Of a DNA stretch of 64,000 nt, positions 1-14,675 are shown one piece after another. The position numbers and the translations under genes are program-made. Origin of the DNA: the human T2T-CHM13v2.0 reference genome, Homo sapiens; NCBI RefSeq assembly GCF_009914755.1, contig NC_060926.1. One strand, given 5' to 3'. Under the pieces are notes generated by a model, which saw only the letters and a list, made by a program, of their open reading frames with translations, was not told the DNA's origin and did not search any database. The first letter of the stretch is position 1; each line of letters begins with the position of its first letter.

Positions 1-367
1 TAATACACCACTGAAGAAAGGTAAGGTGAGTGAACCAGTGGCCATTGTGGCTTCTTTTAAACAAAAAATGTTGGTATCTCATTGACAAATTTTGCTCAGT
101 CTTTTTGTTTTAATTGTTACTCGTAAGCAGCATACACAAGAATTTCCATTTTAAACCCATTATGAGAGGCTTTTATCTTTTAACAAGGGACTTTAATCCA
201 TTTATATGTTTTCATAACTAATATATTTGATCTTACCTTATGTTGCTTGGTATTTTTTTCTTCTTTCTTGATTTCCTACTGTTGTTTTACTGTCAGTATT
301 GTGTTTGGTTTTTCTTCCCCAGTGACTTAGTAATGTGTACATTGCTTTTTAATTTTAATTAAAAAAA

Positions 368-497
368 TTTTTTTGAGACAGGGTCTCACTCTGTTGCCCA
401 GGCTGGAGTGCAGTGGTTAACCATGGCTCACTGCAGCCTCAGCCTTTCGGGTTCAAGCCATCTTCCCACTCAGCGTCCTGAGTAGCTGGGATTACAT
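368..497 (-). mobile_element. Alu right-arm fragment (AluJ/FRAM-like)
   Basis: tttttgagacagggtctcactctgttgcccaggctggagtgcagtgg...gtagctgggattaca. Confidence 0.85.
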
Positions 498-1283
498 GCT
501 TTTTAATTTTTACAGTGGTTAAAGTTGTTCAAAAAACTAATTTATGTTTCCAGAATAGTAAAAGTCAACACTTACATCTGTATTTTCCCCTACTATAAAA
601 GATAGAGCATATTGTATACTTCATTTCTCCCTCCTGCCTATATAGTTACCTGGATAATGGTGGATTCGGATCCTGATTATTTACATTATTTATATCTATA
701 TCTTTTTAACTGCATTCAGTGGTTGTAACAGATTTCTTTATATGACGACTCTTCCATTTTTTAGCTTTTAATATTTATTTGAGGAGTGGGATGCTCAAGT
801 GGATCTTTTATTCAAGAAGCTCTTTCAGGGAAAATATATGGAATCCTATTTTCTGAGCCCTTACACATTTAGTAATGTATTTGTGGGCCTTTGGATGTTT
901 TTTAAAAATTGAGTATAAAATTCTTTACTTTCAGTTTTTTACCTAAAACTTTGAAGATTTGCTTCATTGTTTTCTGCCATCTAATGTTGCAAATAAATCC
1001 AAAGTCAACCTGTGTTGCATTTTTTTCCCAGCAGGCTGTTTGGTTTCTCTACTCGTATGGTTTTAGACATTTTACTTTATGTAATTGAGATTTAGCTAAG
1101 ATTTCTCAAGATACAGTTTTTTATTCATTGATTATTGCCTCACATATGATGGTCCCAAAGGTGAACTTTTTTTTAAATTCAAGAAAATTTTCTTCAGCTT
1201 TGCCTTTGTTTATTGTTTCTGTTTATTTTAGCCTTAGAAACAACTCTATTTTTTAGCTTTGAGCTCTTGTCTGTCCTGTAATT

Positions 1284-1591
1284 CAGGTGTCCTCATATGA
1301 GTCTGTGACCATAGAAACCAGGCCACACAGCAAGAGGTGAGCAGCAGGCAAGTGAGCATTACTGCCTGAGCTCCACCTCCTGTCAGATCAGTGGCGGCAT
1401 TATATTCTCATAGGAGCACAAACAGTATTTTGAACACCTATGTGAGGGATCTAGGTTGCATGCTCCATCTATAATGCCTGATGATCTGAGGTGAAACAGT
1501 TTCATCTCAAAACCATCCTCCCTGCCCCAAAACTCGAAAAATGGTCTTCCATGAAACTGGTCCCTGGCACCAAAGAGGTTGGGGACTGCTG
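1284..1591 (+). mobile_element. MER1B-like hAT-Charlie DNA transposon (MITE)
   Basis: TIR-like ends caggtgtcctca / ttggggactgctg; MER1-type body; 8-bp TSD ctgtaatt (1276-1283) vs ctctaatt (1592-1599). Confidence 0.85.
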
Positions 1592-1992
1592 CTCTAATTT
1601 TATTATATTTCTAAAAGTTTTCATCTCTAACTTTTTACTGTACATTTTGGGACATCTAGAAATTTATATTGTATATCACTGAATTAAATTTGTTATAATA
1701 CTTTTACCCTTGTTTCTCCTAGTGTGATTTTAATTCTAAATTATTTTTCATCTTTTTATCTTGGTCTGTCCTCCAGCTTTCTGTTTCAAAGATAAGGAAC
1801 TTCTGTTTTACTGATGTCAAATAGTTTTCTAAAATTTTGTTCATGATTCCTATATTTAGGTGACTTTCTTTTTGAATCACCAGAATACTGCCCCCCAGGA
1901 GTGTTTGCCAAAAGATAATGTATGTAGATGGTCCACAGCCCCACATTTTTCTCATCTTGGGAGCTAATTGGGTCATCTTTGATCTGTAGCTG

Positions 1993-2825
1993 TGAAATGG
2001 GAAAAGTTCCCTTGTCCCCTTCACAGGGCATTCGATTGGGATGTGGCCTGCTTCTTCAGTGCCCCACTGCTCACACCTCTAGGGGAGCATACAGACAGGC
2101 AGGCTTTGGGGCTCTGACCCCACAGCAGTGTCTAGGATTGAGTGTTTACAGCTGAGGCCCCAGTGGGTGTGTGTTATAGGGTGCTCTTTTAGTTTAGCCA
2201 TCCATAGGTGGCTTGTGTTAGACAGCTCAATTAGACCCCCTGCCTTACTGCAAGGACAGAGGCCTTTCTGTATCTGGGGGTTCTTGCCTTGGTGTACTGG
2301 AAGAATCAGATCACACGTGGGCTTGGAGATGAGTGCAAGGTTTTATTGAGTGAAAGTAGCTCTTAGCAGATGGGGGAGCCAGAAGGGAGATGGTTTTCCA
2401 CTGGAGTCAGGACGCTGTCCTCCAACTGCCCTGGCCAGACTCTGCTTCATTCTGCTGGTTGATAGCCTGCCTGCGTGCTGGTTTGCTCATACCCCAGTGG
2501 TTTCTCTCCACGTCCAGCCGTTTGTGTGTCCCTCTGCTGATGTGCTCCTCTCTCATGTTCAGCTGCCAGTATCATCTTCTGCTTATGTGTTCTGTTCCTC
2601 TCAATGTCCAGCCACTTGTGTCTTTGCCTGCTAGGGTCTGGGAGTTTTAATAGACACAGCATGGGGGAGTGGCAGGCCAGGGTGGTCTTGGAAATGCAAC
2701 ATTTAGGGAGGAAAACAAAAATACCTTCACCTAGGTCCATGAGCGCAGGCCTGGTGGTGGTGCCTTAGCCAGGGGCCACACCCTCCTCTACCCAGCCCTG
2801 CCTTGGCCCCCCTCCCCTCATATCA
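1993..2825 (-). mobile_element. ERV1 solo LTR (LTR1-like), antisense to PSMD14
   Basis: TG...CA termini; perfect 4-bp TSD GCTG (1989-1992, 2826-2829); minus-strand TATA-like TATTAAAA at 2645-2652 and AATAAA at 2342-2347. Subfamily name from recall. Confidence 0.85.
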
Positions 2826-3112
2826 GCTGTTCATGTTCTTACATACCTCTCTGAGCTCAGTTTCGAGTCTTTAATGGGGTTTTCTTCTGTTGCCTGGTTT
2901 TTGCTATTCTGAACAGGTGAGCATGTAGGAAAACAACAGCCTTAGTCACTGCTGGCTGAGGTCTTTAGTATCTGTCCCATTGATGGTGTATTATATGCGA
3001 TTTCTCTCTCTCTCTGGCAGTATTTCACTGGTACCAACCTTCTCTAGTTCTTGCCCACAGTAGTGAAAGGGGCAGCAGTATCACTGGCTGCTGTTTTAAA
3101 AACAGCACTCAT

Positions 3113-3411
3113 GGCTGGGTGCAGTCGCTCACGCCTGTAATGCTAGCACTTTGGGAGACTAAGGCGGGTGGATTGCTTGAGCTCAGGAGTTCGAGACCAG
3201 CCTGGGCAACACAGGGAAACCCCATCCCTACTAAAATACAAAAAATCAGCCTGGCGTGGTGACATGCCCCTTGTAATCCCAGCACCTCAGGAGGCTGAGA
3301 CAGGAAGAGACGCTGGAACCCAGGAGGCAGTGGTTGCAGTGAGCCAAGATCGCGCCATTGCACTCCAGCCTGGGTGACAGAGCGAGACTCCGTCTAAAAA
3401 AAACCAAAAAT
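3113..3411 (+). mobile_element. Full-length Alu
   Basis: Dimer with A tail; 14-bp TSD aaaacagcactcat (3099-3112, 3412-3425); TTTT/AAAA L1 endonuclease site. Confidence 0.97.
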
Positions 3412-3959
3412 AAAACAGCACTCATACAATAAACAGCTGCATAGTCTTCTCTTAGTACATGGCTTTCTTGTTAATATGTTTCTGAATCAGAAGAAAATCC
3501 ATTGTGAGTTAGTATGTTTCTGAATCAGAAGAAAGGCCACTGACATGTGGCTTGCTTCCTCTCTCTCGAGGTAACTCTAGTTGGTATTTTTCTTTTCTGT
3601 TCCATTGGCTTGCAGTAGTACCTTAATTTATTCATTCATTCTTTCAATCAGTACTTATTAAGTTCTTACTATGGCCCAGGCACTTTTCTAAGTACTGGTT
3701 ATATATATAATATTGAAGAAAATAGTGTTTCTTCCTTCTTTGGTGGCAGAAATAGTTTCTGGATTCTTTCAGTAATGCATTTTGGTGATGGTTTGATGTT
3801 TTATTTCCCTTTTTTTCTAAAAAAAAATATTTTCAGGCAAGTTGAGAAAGGCTGTGTCAAGATACCAGTTTAACTTCTTTCTCCATATGCAATGTTTAAG
3901 ATTGCTCTGGATTCAGGAATAATTTTATGAATACAGTGTTCGTTAACCTATTTTTCTAC

Positions 3960-4200
3960 TTTTATTTTAAATTGGCAAATAATTATATATATTGGTGGGG
4001 GGTGATGTTTTGATAAATATATATGTTATGGAGTGATCACATAAGGCTAACATATCCATCACCTCAATATTTATCATTTCTTTGTGCTGAGAACATTTAA
4101 AGTCGTCTTTTAACTATTTTGAAATATACATTATTATTAACTGTAGTCACCAGGCTATGCAGTAGATCACCAGAATCAATTCCTTCTGTTTAACTGAAAC
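3960..4200 (-). mobile_element. Old L1 (L1MA-like) 3' end fragment
   Basis: ctaacatatccatcacctca...aactattttgaaatataca...ttaactgtagtcacc resembles an L1M 3'UTR in reverse. Confidence 0.65.
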
Positions 4201-4676
4201 CTTATTATTATCCTAACCTTTTAAGGTTACTACTACTTCCCCCAAACCTCTCATCACAACCAATTTATTGTTGTCCTCACCTTTTCCTTAATCTTTCTTA
4301 ACTTTCTAAGTGAAATGAGTAAAATTATCATACCACTAAAATTAGGTTTATATGATGACTTCAGCAAGATGCTTTGGCCTGTTATTACTTTACTTTAGCA
4401 GAGTTTTCATTCTGAAAGAGATCTTAGCTATTTGAAAAATAAGCAATAAAACTGCATTAGGTGATAATAGATGAAGAATTTGGTCAGTTTCCAACTTTAT
4501 TGCCTGGCATTTATGGTGAAAATTAAATTTGAGGGACTTGATTTTTCCCACCACTTTGAACAAAAGTAAATAAAAACAAAATTATTTTATTTAGAGAAAA
4601 CTTATTCTAGAACCTTTTATACTTAATGCTTCCAGTAAATATATGAACTTTTAAAACAATACAAAGTAATAGAATT

Positions 4677-4678
<2 letters not shown>

Positions 4679-4710
<32 letters not shown>
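4679..4710. repeat. (AC)16 microsatellite
   Basis: Read directly. Confidence 0.97.
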
Positions 4711-4715
<5 letters not shown>

Positions 4716-5766
4716 CACAAAGTACACATAGACCTATATGTATGGAATGTAAAGCAATTGTTTACTTTTAGTATGTAAAAGTATAAATGGGAGAGAGAAC
4801 ATGGCTTACAATTTGGATAAGGTAACATGTTGTTTACCTAATTTGTAATAGAGTTATTGTCAGGGAAAGGGAACTTTAAGCAAAACACGACCTGGCAATT
4901 ATAAGTCATATCTCATTATAATTTCCCAGATTGTCCAATATTAAAAAACAAGAAGCTTTTTAGGTGCACTAATTGTGGGGCAGAATCACATTTATAAGAT
5001 TATAGGCATCTTGAGGGTAAGAACTATATGTCAGTTACCTTGTGCAGGTGAATGTTATAGTCAAGAGAAGTTTGCTTCCTTTCAGGAAGAAGATAGAATC
5101 CTTAAAGGAGAAACATAGTGTCTTCCTTAGTAATACTTGTTTTAAAGGTAGTGGTTAGGATTTTGGAAGTATTTTCACGTCAGCTATACCTGTCTCAACT
5201 GGTTTGTTCACACCTGGGGCAATTGTGTTAAATTTGTTGTTGTATAGGGGGAGGGGAACAGCTTCATTAGGTGACATGCAGAGGATGTTGTTCACAGCTC
5301 TTTCACCCAGGGATTAGAAGTCTTCTTTCCCCTTCTCCTCCACTGTTGTGATGAATTTGCAGAGGAATCCCATAGCCTTAATCTATTAATACTCAAAGAA
5401 TTTGCTGTTTGTGTTGATGCTTTAGTTAATTGTGCTAGTCCAACAGCATTTCACATATACACACTGTGGTAACAAATGTGGCTAATTGGTACATTATAGC
5501 CATGTTGTAGCCAAGGTAGATTGGCATTGCCGAAAGACTTAAACTTTATGTCCATTAGACCCTTGGCTTAGTATTAAGTTTTACCTGTTTTCTACAGGTT
5601 TGATATTTGCAAATGTGTTTTGATTATGTCATAGCCAAATAAAAGGATACTTGACATGTTTTGCAAAACTATTTTAAAAATATCAAGTTTATACCACATG
5701 TAACTTGAATTTTAAACTCATAAACTCTGTGTTTGTTTTAATAATAATTGATGTATTTGTTTCTAG

Positions 5767-5865
<99 letters not shown>

Positions 5866-5965
5866 TAGAGAACTCTGTTGCTTTCACTGTATCTTTTACT
5901 TTGGAATATTTGTCACCTTAATCCTCTCAGACATAAATAAGCTATTGTTTTAGGTACATTTATAA

Positions 5966-6223
<258 letters not shown>

Positions 6224-8339
6224 TAAATGTGTTTCTTTTCATTTTTCTTTTCCTATGCAAACTAACTCTCATCATATTACATTTTCTCTTTCCAGTAGGA
6301 AAAATTAATCATAAGTTTGATAGAAATTTTTAGATTGTATTGAATTAAATCATTAATCTTTAAAACGCAGCATAACTTCTTATAGGTCTACAAACTGAAT
6401 GATGCTAATGCTAAATTTCTTTTCTCAGTCCTTCGGCTTAAACTGGTGTAAAATACTGGATTTAAAAGTTACTTACCCTATAATAGCAGAGTGTTAGTTT
6501 GATTTTGAACCAAGTGTTCAAAAGATTTGAGATTCTCTTAATTTAGATTTTCAACTCACATATACTGGTTCTTATGTCTTGTTCCCATTGTTTTGAAATA
6601 TGTCATTTAAAAAATGTTCTATATATGGTGATGAATGACTTTTTAAGCTTTTCTTATTTAAAATGTTAAGTTAAAGCAAAACAAAACAATAGCAAACCTG
6701 AATATTTTTTTCCCAGGCATGGTATTTTGTTTATATGCACCGTACTCCATACAAATTACCTGTATAGAATACATTATTCTTTCTAGAGATGTTTGTTTTG
6801 TTTTGCCTTTTTGTTTGATGCATTAGACTTGTGTTGATAGATGTGCATTTTGACTGAAAGAAAATAGCCAAAAAACAATAACCATTCCATCTACCTTCCA
6901 AAAAAAGCACATATATCCTTCTCACCTGTTTGCTTAGAAAAATATGCGTGTATTTTTCCAAGCGATATTTCTTCTTTGCTAGGCAATATTTCTCTTACTG
7001 AGCCTTGTAAAAGAAGGATTAAAGAAATTGTTGTTATAAAGCTGTTAGTTCTATTCGAAGTTCTGTAAGTTTACTTTGATAAGGTAGATGCTGGAGAACA
7101 AATTACAATTTTAAGTACTGTAATATATATAGTATGTATATTAAAAATAAGCATTTAAAATAGAATATTTGCTACAGAATGCAATATATTTAAAATAATG
7201 TAAAGTTTTCTCTAAATAGATGAATTTGTTGAGGTAAACTAATTTGGATCTACTGATTTTATCCATCTTGATATCCATTATATTTATTTTATACATTTGG
7301 AAATAGAGAAACACTCTACATGTTAACCAAAGGTTTAGATTTAAATCTTAGACTATTTATTACTTGTATCTGTCTTTTTATATTAGGCTACATGAAACAC
7401 ATAAAACTAACTTATATATGTTATGGGTACTTATGTAGATACCCATTATAATACATTGTTCTTAGGCTTTAATATCATTACTTCCATGTAAATGCTTGTT
7501 TGACAATATAAAATAAAAGATTTTGATCCCTATATTCACTCTAATTCTATTTTCTAGTGTCATAGAATTAGAAAGTTTTTCTTCTGACCCCAGAGTCAGT
7601 AAACTTTTTCTATAAAGACATATGTCTCTGTTGCATATTCTTCTTCTTTTTTAAGACAGTCCTTTTAAAGTATATATATGAAAAGAAAGAAAAAAACCGA
7701 AAACATTCTTAGCCTATAAGCAGCAGATTGCATACCCCTGTTCTTGAGGATGTACTCTCTGTTGGAATTCAATATGCATACTGTTTGTTTTGGTGGGAAG
7801 GAAGTGCTTATGTTAACTAGTTTCTTTAAGTACATTAGATTTAGATTCCTGAGGTTAGAAGAAAGCCTTGGGAGCTATAAAGACAGTACTCTATCGCCAG
7901 AGAGATGATCTGAACCTTTTAATTCTTCCTGTTCAAATATCTTATTTTGGTTGAACTAGCAAAATAATGCTGTATGTAAGAGACTTGAGGCTGTTTCATT
8001 ATGATAGCTGAATATTTGTAGAACTTTGGATGAGGCTCATTTTAGTCATCAGTTATGATAGGATGGCATTAGGAAGTATGCTTGCCTAAATAGGTCTAAC
8101 CAATAGTTATGGTTTGTTCAATTATTTCGTATTTCTGGTAAACATATACACAGCAATGGCCATATACTCTTAAAGAATCCTGAAAGTGGGCTTAACTCGA
8201 TCGCCAACAGCAGTTTGGTAGTTGGCAATTTTAGAAGCTTGATTGGTATGAGGTTTATAATTGAATGACTTGAGTAGGTATCAAATGTAGGTATCAAAAC
8301 CTATAAAATGATTTTGGCAACCCCAAATAATATACATAG

Positions 8340-8468
<129 letters not shown>

Positions 8469-9435
8469 TAAGCATTTTAAATGATCAGTTAAAGAAATAA
8501 TGGGAAATATTTATAGAAACATACCTCAAAGTTATAGATGTTTATCAATGTCATTTCTAGAAAAAGTGGTTATGTAATTGACATAAAAGTATCTGTAAAT
8601 ATCAGTGCCATGCACCGCCTGTCTAGTATATCTTCCCTTTAGAACCAGAGAAATTTGCCCATCAGAGAACTGCCTCATGTTAAAATTCTTGACTGTCACA
8701 TAGTAAGCTTGGGCTGTAGCTTCCCTCTGTTTAGCATATGGAGTTACTGTCTAGTCACTTATAATTGAAAGAGCTTGTATGTTCCATGTATTTGAGAGTT
8801 GCAACTGAATGAGATTATGAATATTTAATTATGTTTGTAGGCATAGTTTTAAAGACAGAGAAAGTATAATCCAAATATTCTAAAGTTTTTTCCTCAGACC
8901 AAATCTCTCAATAGTTGTCATTCTCTTGCTCAAATTCTTCTGCTGTGGAAACAACTTCAAAATTAATGTTAGCAAAAGGCTCAGCAGCTGAGCAGAACAG
9001 TGCAAATTGGTTTTTGACTGAGTTCCTAGTTCTACTGCTGGTTTAATTGATATTTAATCCTTTCACAACAGTGGATCCTGGTGTCCATTGTTAAAAATGT
9101 ACTCTGTGCCTGGAAAATCCAACTCCCAGAGCTAAGGAGTTAAAGAGTAGATATTTACTTGAATGCTGAAAGGGTAAAAACTGGCTCTGAGAAACTGTGG
9201 TAACAAGGTGAAAAACTGAAAGCCTTATCTACCACTGCTAATGTGCATCTCTTAATGATAGCACTCCTTTGTCACACATATTCATTTCCATGTTTTCTGG
9301 ATAATATGGTGTACAATTTCAGGGTTTCTAATGGTGCTTTTTCACACCTGTGTGTTTTTCATCTCTTCTTAATTTATACCCCGTTAGTGTGTTGTTTCTT
9401 TTCATATCATAAATGTATTACTTGTTCTGTTCTGA

Positions 9436-9618
<183 letters not shown>

Positions 9619-12600
9619 TAGATTCTATCTTTATTGCCATCTACTGCCACATTCTGTTTACAGATACATTAAATAAAAATCAATTTTGTTCAAAGCAGGA
9701 TTCTTAATTACACAGAAAGCTGCTGTCTGTTTACTTAAAAAACAAAAAAACTGTACAAGTTGATAACTGTGTCTTGGTATTATTAGCAATTTATTTAGAG
9801 ATTTCTTCTTTAATCACTTATTGTGTAATTTTCCTGAATATTTATCTTTAAATTTTTTGAATTTCATAAAATTAGGAAAGTTAAACCATACTCAAAGCCT
9901 GCTATAAACATTTTATTAATATTTAAATAAACATTGCTTTACCTTTATTTTCAAATGATGAATTTGGAATTGGCACAACATTTTAAAAATCTATTTAAAG
10001 GGCATTGTTTTGCAGACATTATGCAGGACATATTCTGGAGGTGTGTTTTCCAAATATTTTAGACAATGAAAACTTGCCCAAAGACTTGGTATCAACCATT
10101 CACGTTTTTGGAGTGAGGACGCAAATGAATGATTAAATATGCTAAATAATTCTGAAAACAGATTAACTTGCAAAGCATATTGGGTTATAGTTCTTTGTTG
10201 AAACCCCTTTTGTTCTTGTTTAGTTCTCTTTCTCTTTTTTTGTTCATTCATTCTTTCTTTTTTTTTTTTATTTCTTTCTTTCTAGCCCCATATGCCATTT
10301 TCCTATTTCCTGCCTCATGACAGCAGGGAGCAGCTCTATTATCACCTTCACAGAGCTGTCTGCAAATGTGAGAGGCAATTCGATTTTGCTCAACCACAGG
10401 GAGAGTGGATTAGAAAAACTACAGACATACAGAAATTGGCTAGGTGGTTACTGCTTTAAAATACTGCTGAGGTGTCTTGTTTGAGCATGTACTTCCATTG
10501 TAGTGTAGAATAATTGTTAAAATAAAATCACAATATATTTATGCAATCCTTTTTATGCAGGTTTTACAAATAATTTTTAGAGTACTTAGAAATAAATATT
10601 AGCTTGTTATCTATCAGACCTGGAGTTTGATAGTAGTGCAGATTACATTTATATCTGCTCACCAGCAGAAAAACTAAACATGGCTGTTAAAATACGGAGT
10701 TTTTATCTGTCATAAATTTGAAGTTGAATGTTTTCTGACATCATGTCATTATCATGTATAAAAATTGAGGTCTTCTCTAAATCATGATCCTATTAGGTGT
10801 GATTTAGCTTTTCAGAGGCAAAAACTATCCACAAAAACAATAATAGAAACTGATATACTAGACCATTCAGAATGGATAGCTTCTGATTCTTGCTATATGC
10901 CTATATTTCAATTTATTTACTTTTTTTTAACTATATGTGTTGTTACTCAACATATAGATAAAAGAGGTTGAAAAATCCTTGATTGTTATTAGCTTTATGA
11001 ATTATATTTGATGCCTCTTAAGTTTAATTCTCTATTTTAAGGTACCTTTTTAGTAACTCGTAAGTAATTCATTTAAGTAATGATTACTGTTTTACAAATA
11101 TAACAATTATCTAATAAAGTCCCCTACCACAATATTTACAAGTAATAATTAAAGCTTAATTTTAAATATAATTAGAATTCTATTTTGTAGTATTAGTTCA
11201 ACTTAGGTTTTATGATATCTTGACTCATGTGATGGTGGCTACTTTGAAAAAGGAAAGTATAAACATAAACACAATGAAAGAATGCATTCTCAAAATAGAG
11301 TAAATAAATGTAAATGTAAATAAATGAGTATGTATTTTATTTTTGGTTATCCTTTTGTAATGTTTAAAATGGCAATTTTAGTTTCCAAACCTAGTTTAAG
11401 TATTGTAAAATATTGGAATTTTCATTATTTCTAATTAATTGTAATTTATATTAAAATGATGAATTTCATTTAAAAATATGTATGTGTCACGTCTTAATGT
11501 TAAATTTAGTTTTTAAAAAATAATATATCTAAAATTTATGAAATCATATGTATCACTGTCTACTTTTGTATGTTAGGAAGAAATCTTTTTGAAAAAATTT
11601 AGTGTAAATATCTATCATTGATGATTTGTATCACTTGTTGGACCTAATGTCTAGATTCATACTATTATATCTCTTGAAATAAGGATCCAGTTCTTTGTCA
11701 GTAATGCAACTTCATCTTTAAGGAGTCAGAGTTTGATTGTAATTTATGGTTCTTTCAGTGTCAAGTCCTCTCATCTCTATGAATCAGATTAAATGCTAGT
11801 AAATCCTTAGTTAGTGTTTTAGTTAAATCATGATACTTAGGAATATAAACTTATAAAAATGAAGAATAGTATAAGAGTCTCCCTCTCCCTTTTCCTGCGT
11901 GTGATTTATCAAAGCTGTCAAAATATTTAGTAAGGCAATGATTAGATCAAGAATTAAAATGACATTTTATATATAAATGATTTAAGTTGGGTCTCTGTTC
12001 GCTTTTTATAAAACCACTTTCTTGAACATTTTGTATATTTCCATTTTTATAAATTCCAATATTTCTGTCTTTGAGAAATTAGATAAGCCTGGATTCTTTC
12101 TTGGTAATCTCAATTCATTCACAATAGTTTGATTTTCTTTTATGATGACTTGATTATATTTTTATTGAATAATTGCTGTGAGCCAGGTATTGTGAATAAC
12201 CATTTCAACTTATCTCATTTATTCTTTGTTATAATCCTAAAGATAGGCCCTGTTACCATTACATGTTATTAGTGGTTAAAAAAAAAAATTAGGGCCAAGG
12301 AGATTGCTTTGCCAAAGTCAGACCATGAGTTAGCAGCAGAACAAAGATATGAATCCAGTTCTGTAAAATTTCAGGGCTCAGGCTTTTTTAATGGCTCTTT
12401 AATTCCTTAGTATTAAACCACTATGAATGATGTAATCAGAGTAACTGCAGAATGCAAAATGAATACCAGAGGTCATTGTGAGGCCATTCCTTAAGTTACT
12501 GTGGATAGGTGTCACTCTCTTCAGCATAAGTCAGGGGAAAGAGCTGTACATTTCCTCTAAGTTTTCCATAGTTTTCTGTAGGTATTATGTATTATATATT

Positions 12601-14038
12601 AATTGATTTTTTAAAATGTGTTGTTCAATTAATTTTAAAAAACAATTTAGACAGACTTATTCCTGTTGACTTTTGTGACATCCCTAGGAGTAAACATTGA
12701 AATCAACATAAATAATGAAATACACTATATGATAAAGAATCTGTAACCCTCTGCATATTGTACAGTACTATAAATGTTTTAAAATGATACAGGTGAAAAT
12801 CAATGGTAATTGCATTCATAATTTAAATGGAGAGTAAGCTCACAGAAGTTACCAGTGAGTTCTGCTCTAATCAGTGAAATAGTTTATAAGGTCCGCTTGC
12901 AGCATTTAGTTCATTTGTAAAATATACATATTTACATATTTTAAACTTTAGTTCTCAAGTGGCACAGTGGGGACCTCCTGCTGAATGTTGTATTATCTTG
13001 TATACTCAGCCCATAACCAGATCCAGCAGCAAATTTAGAAGTTAATTCAACTTGTAATGTGACTATACTTCTTTCTTGAGGCAAAAAGAATGGTCACTTT
13101 GGGCAAAATCATAAAACTAGCATACAACTTAATTAGGATATTGTAATATATTTATTAAAAAGCATTACTGCTTTAGAGAACTCATTTTCCTTGATGGGTT
13201 CCTGTTAGTAAAATGCTCAGTTATTACCAGCTAACTAACTCCTAACAATCATTGTGTCTGTTCTCTGTTTTGAAAACATAAAAAAAGGAATGACTAATTA
13301 TGTCCAAATGTGTCTTCCACTGGTTAGGTTTTCTTGAAGCATTTTTATTTAATCTGATCAAAACACTCAATGGACTTTAAAAAATGTGATGTTTATCTAA
13401 CTGCAGGTCAGCTTATCTGCAGGTATTTCTTAAGTGTACCTGATCTGTATGCTAATGATTCTAAGATGCAAAATGAATTTTAAAAAATGGTCTTTGTGTT
13501 CTTTGAGAAGATAAATTATATACATTTAGTGTTAGTAGTGAGCAAGATCTTATTCTGCCAATTATATACTGATAACCTACATTGCATACTGATACAAAAT
13601 ATACTGAAATTGCTTGTTTCTGTAAGTATTAAGTTGGTTGCTAGAGACAGAAATAATTCAACAAATACTTATTCAGAATTTTGTATATGCCAGTATACAA
13701 TAAAGTATTACTTGTATAACAAACACAGTAAATGCAAATTAAAATTAGAACAAGGGAGAAATCAGTTGTAGGTTGCACAAAGTAGATAAAGCTTGGGCTG
13801 AGCTTTGAGGGGTAGGCAGGACATCACTGAGAAAAGAAGAGCTTGTACCTCATGGGAAGAATGTAGAAACAATATCATTCCAAGTGGTACTTACCTCTTT
13901 GTTCATTCTTTTTTCCACAGATATTAGAATGTAAAATGAGTGCTTTGATTGGTTTTAATTTGTTTAAACAACTAGCATTTTACAAAAGATGGGGCTTTGG
14001 AGAATAAATACAAATACAGGAAGAAAGTTAGGGAATGT

Positions 14039-14179
14039 GGCCAGGTACCATGTCTTCACATCTGTAATCCCAGCACTTTGGGAGGTCAAAGTGAGTGGAT
14101 CGCTAGAGCCCAGGAGTTTGAGACGAGCCTGTGCGACATGATGAAACTCTGTCTCTAATTTTTAAAAAAATTAAAATAA
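14039..14179 (+). mobile_element. Alu monomer (FLAM-like)
   Basis: Left-monomer body plus A tail; TSD aaagttagggaatg (14024-14037) vs aaagttagtgaatg (14180-14193). Confidence 0.9.
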
Positions 14180-14439
14180 AAAGTTAGTGAATGAATGCTG
14201 TAAGAGCATACCCTTTATTTTCAGATATCTAGAAGGTCGTGTCTTTTCTTTCAGGGGTGGGTAGCAAATATTTTACTTTTCCAAGAAATTTTATATTAGA
14301 AAGTTTTAAGATGGTGAAGGTTTTTAAGTACTCAGTTTACTCAAATAGTAGTCTTCTTTTGAGCTTCTTATTTTATATATCTATGTATATATATACATAT
14401 ATATATATATATACTCTCTCTCATATAGAGAGAGAGGGC

Positions 14440-14675
14440 ATAGAGTAATAAAGAACACAGACTTAGGGGTCAGGCCTGCATTAAAATCCCATTTTTATCT
14501 CCTCTTTACAGTGTGACCTTGAACAAGCCTTACCTAATTTTCTTGAGCTTCAGATTTTTCATCTATATAACAGGAATCTTAGTACCTATTTCATAGCATT
14601 ATGACTATCATGAGGTAATATATGTAGAGATTAGAGTACACATGTCATATTAGGAGGTGTGCAATAAATGATACT
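14440..14675 (+). mobile_element. MIR SINE
   Basis: tgtgaccttgaacaag...cttcagatttttcatctatataa...tagtacctatttcatag MIR core. Confidence 0.7.

Noticed and set aside
18-31. Strong tandem donor-like AAG|GTAAG|GTGAGT at the window edge
   Set aside because: Any matching acceptor lies outside the window, and the preceding bases match no PSMD14 coding exon.
1491-3377. ORFs within MER1B, the LTR and the Alu (also 28139, 35135, 39016, 40690)
   Set aside because: Typical translations of repeat sequence.
3475-3534. Repeat-spacer-repeat as a CRISPR-like array
   Set aside because: Only two copies, mammalian intron, no cas genes.
10331-10358. CAGCTCT...AGAGCTG hairpin as a small RNA
   Set aside because: Only a 7-bp stem; no snoRNA boxes or miRNA-length hairpin.
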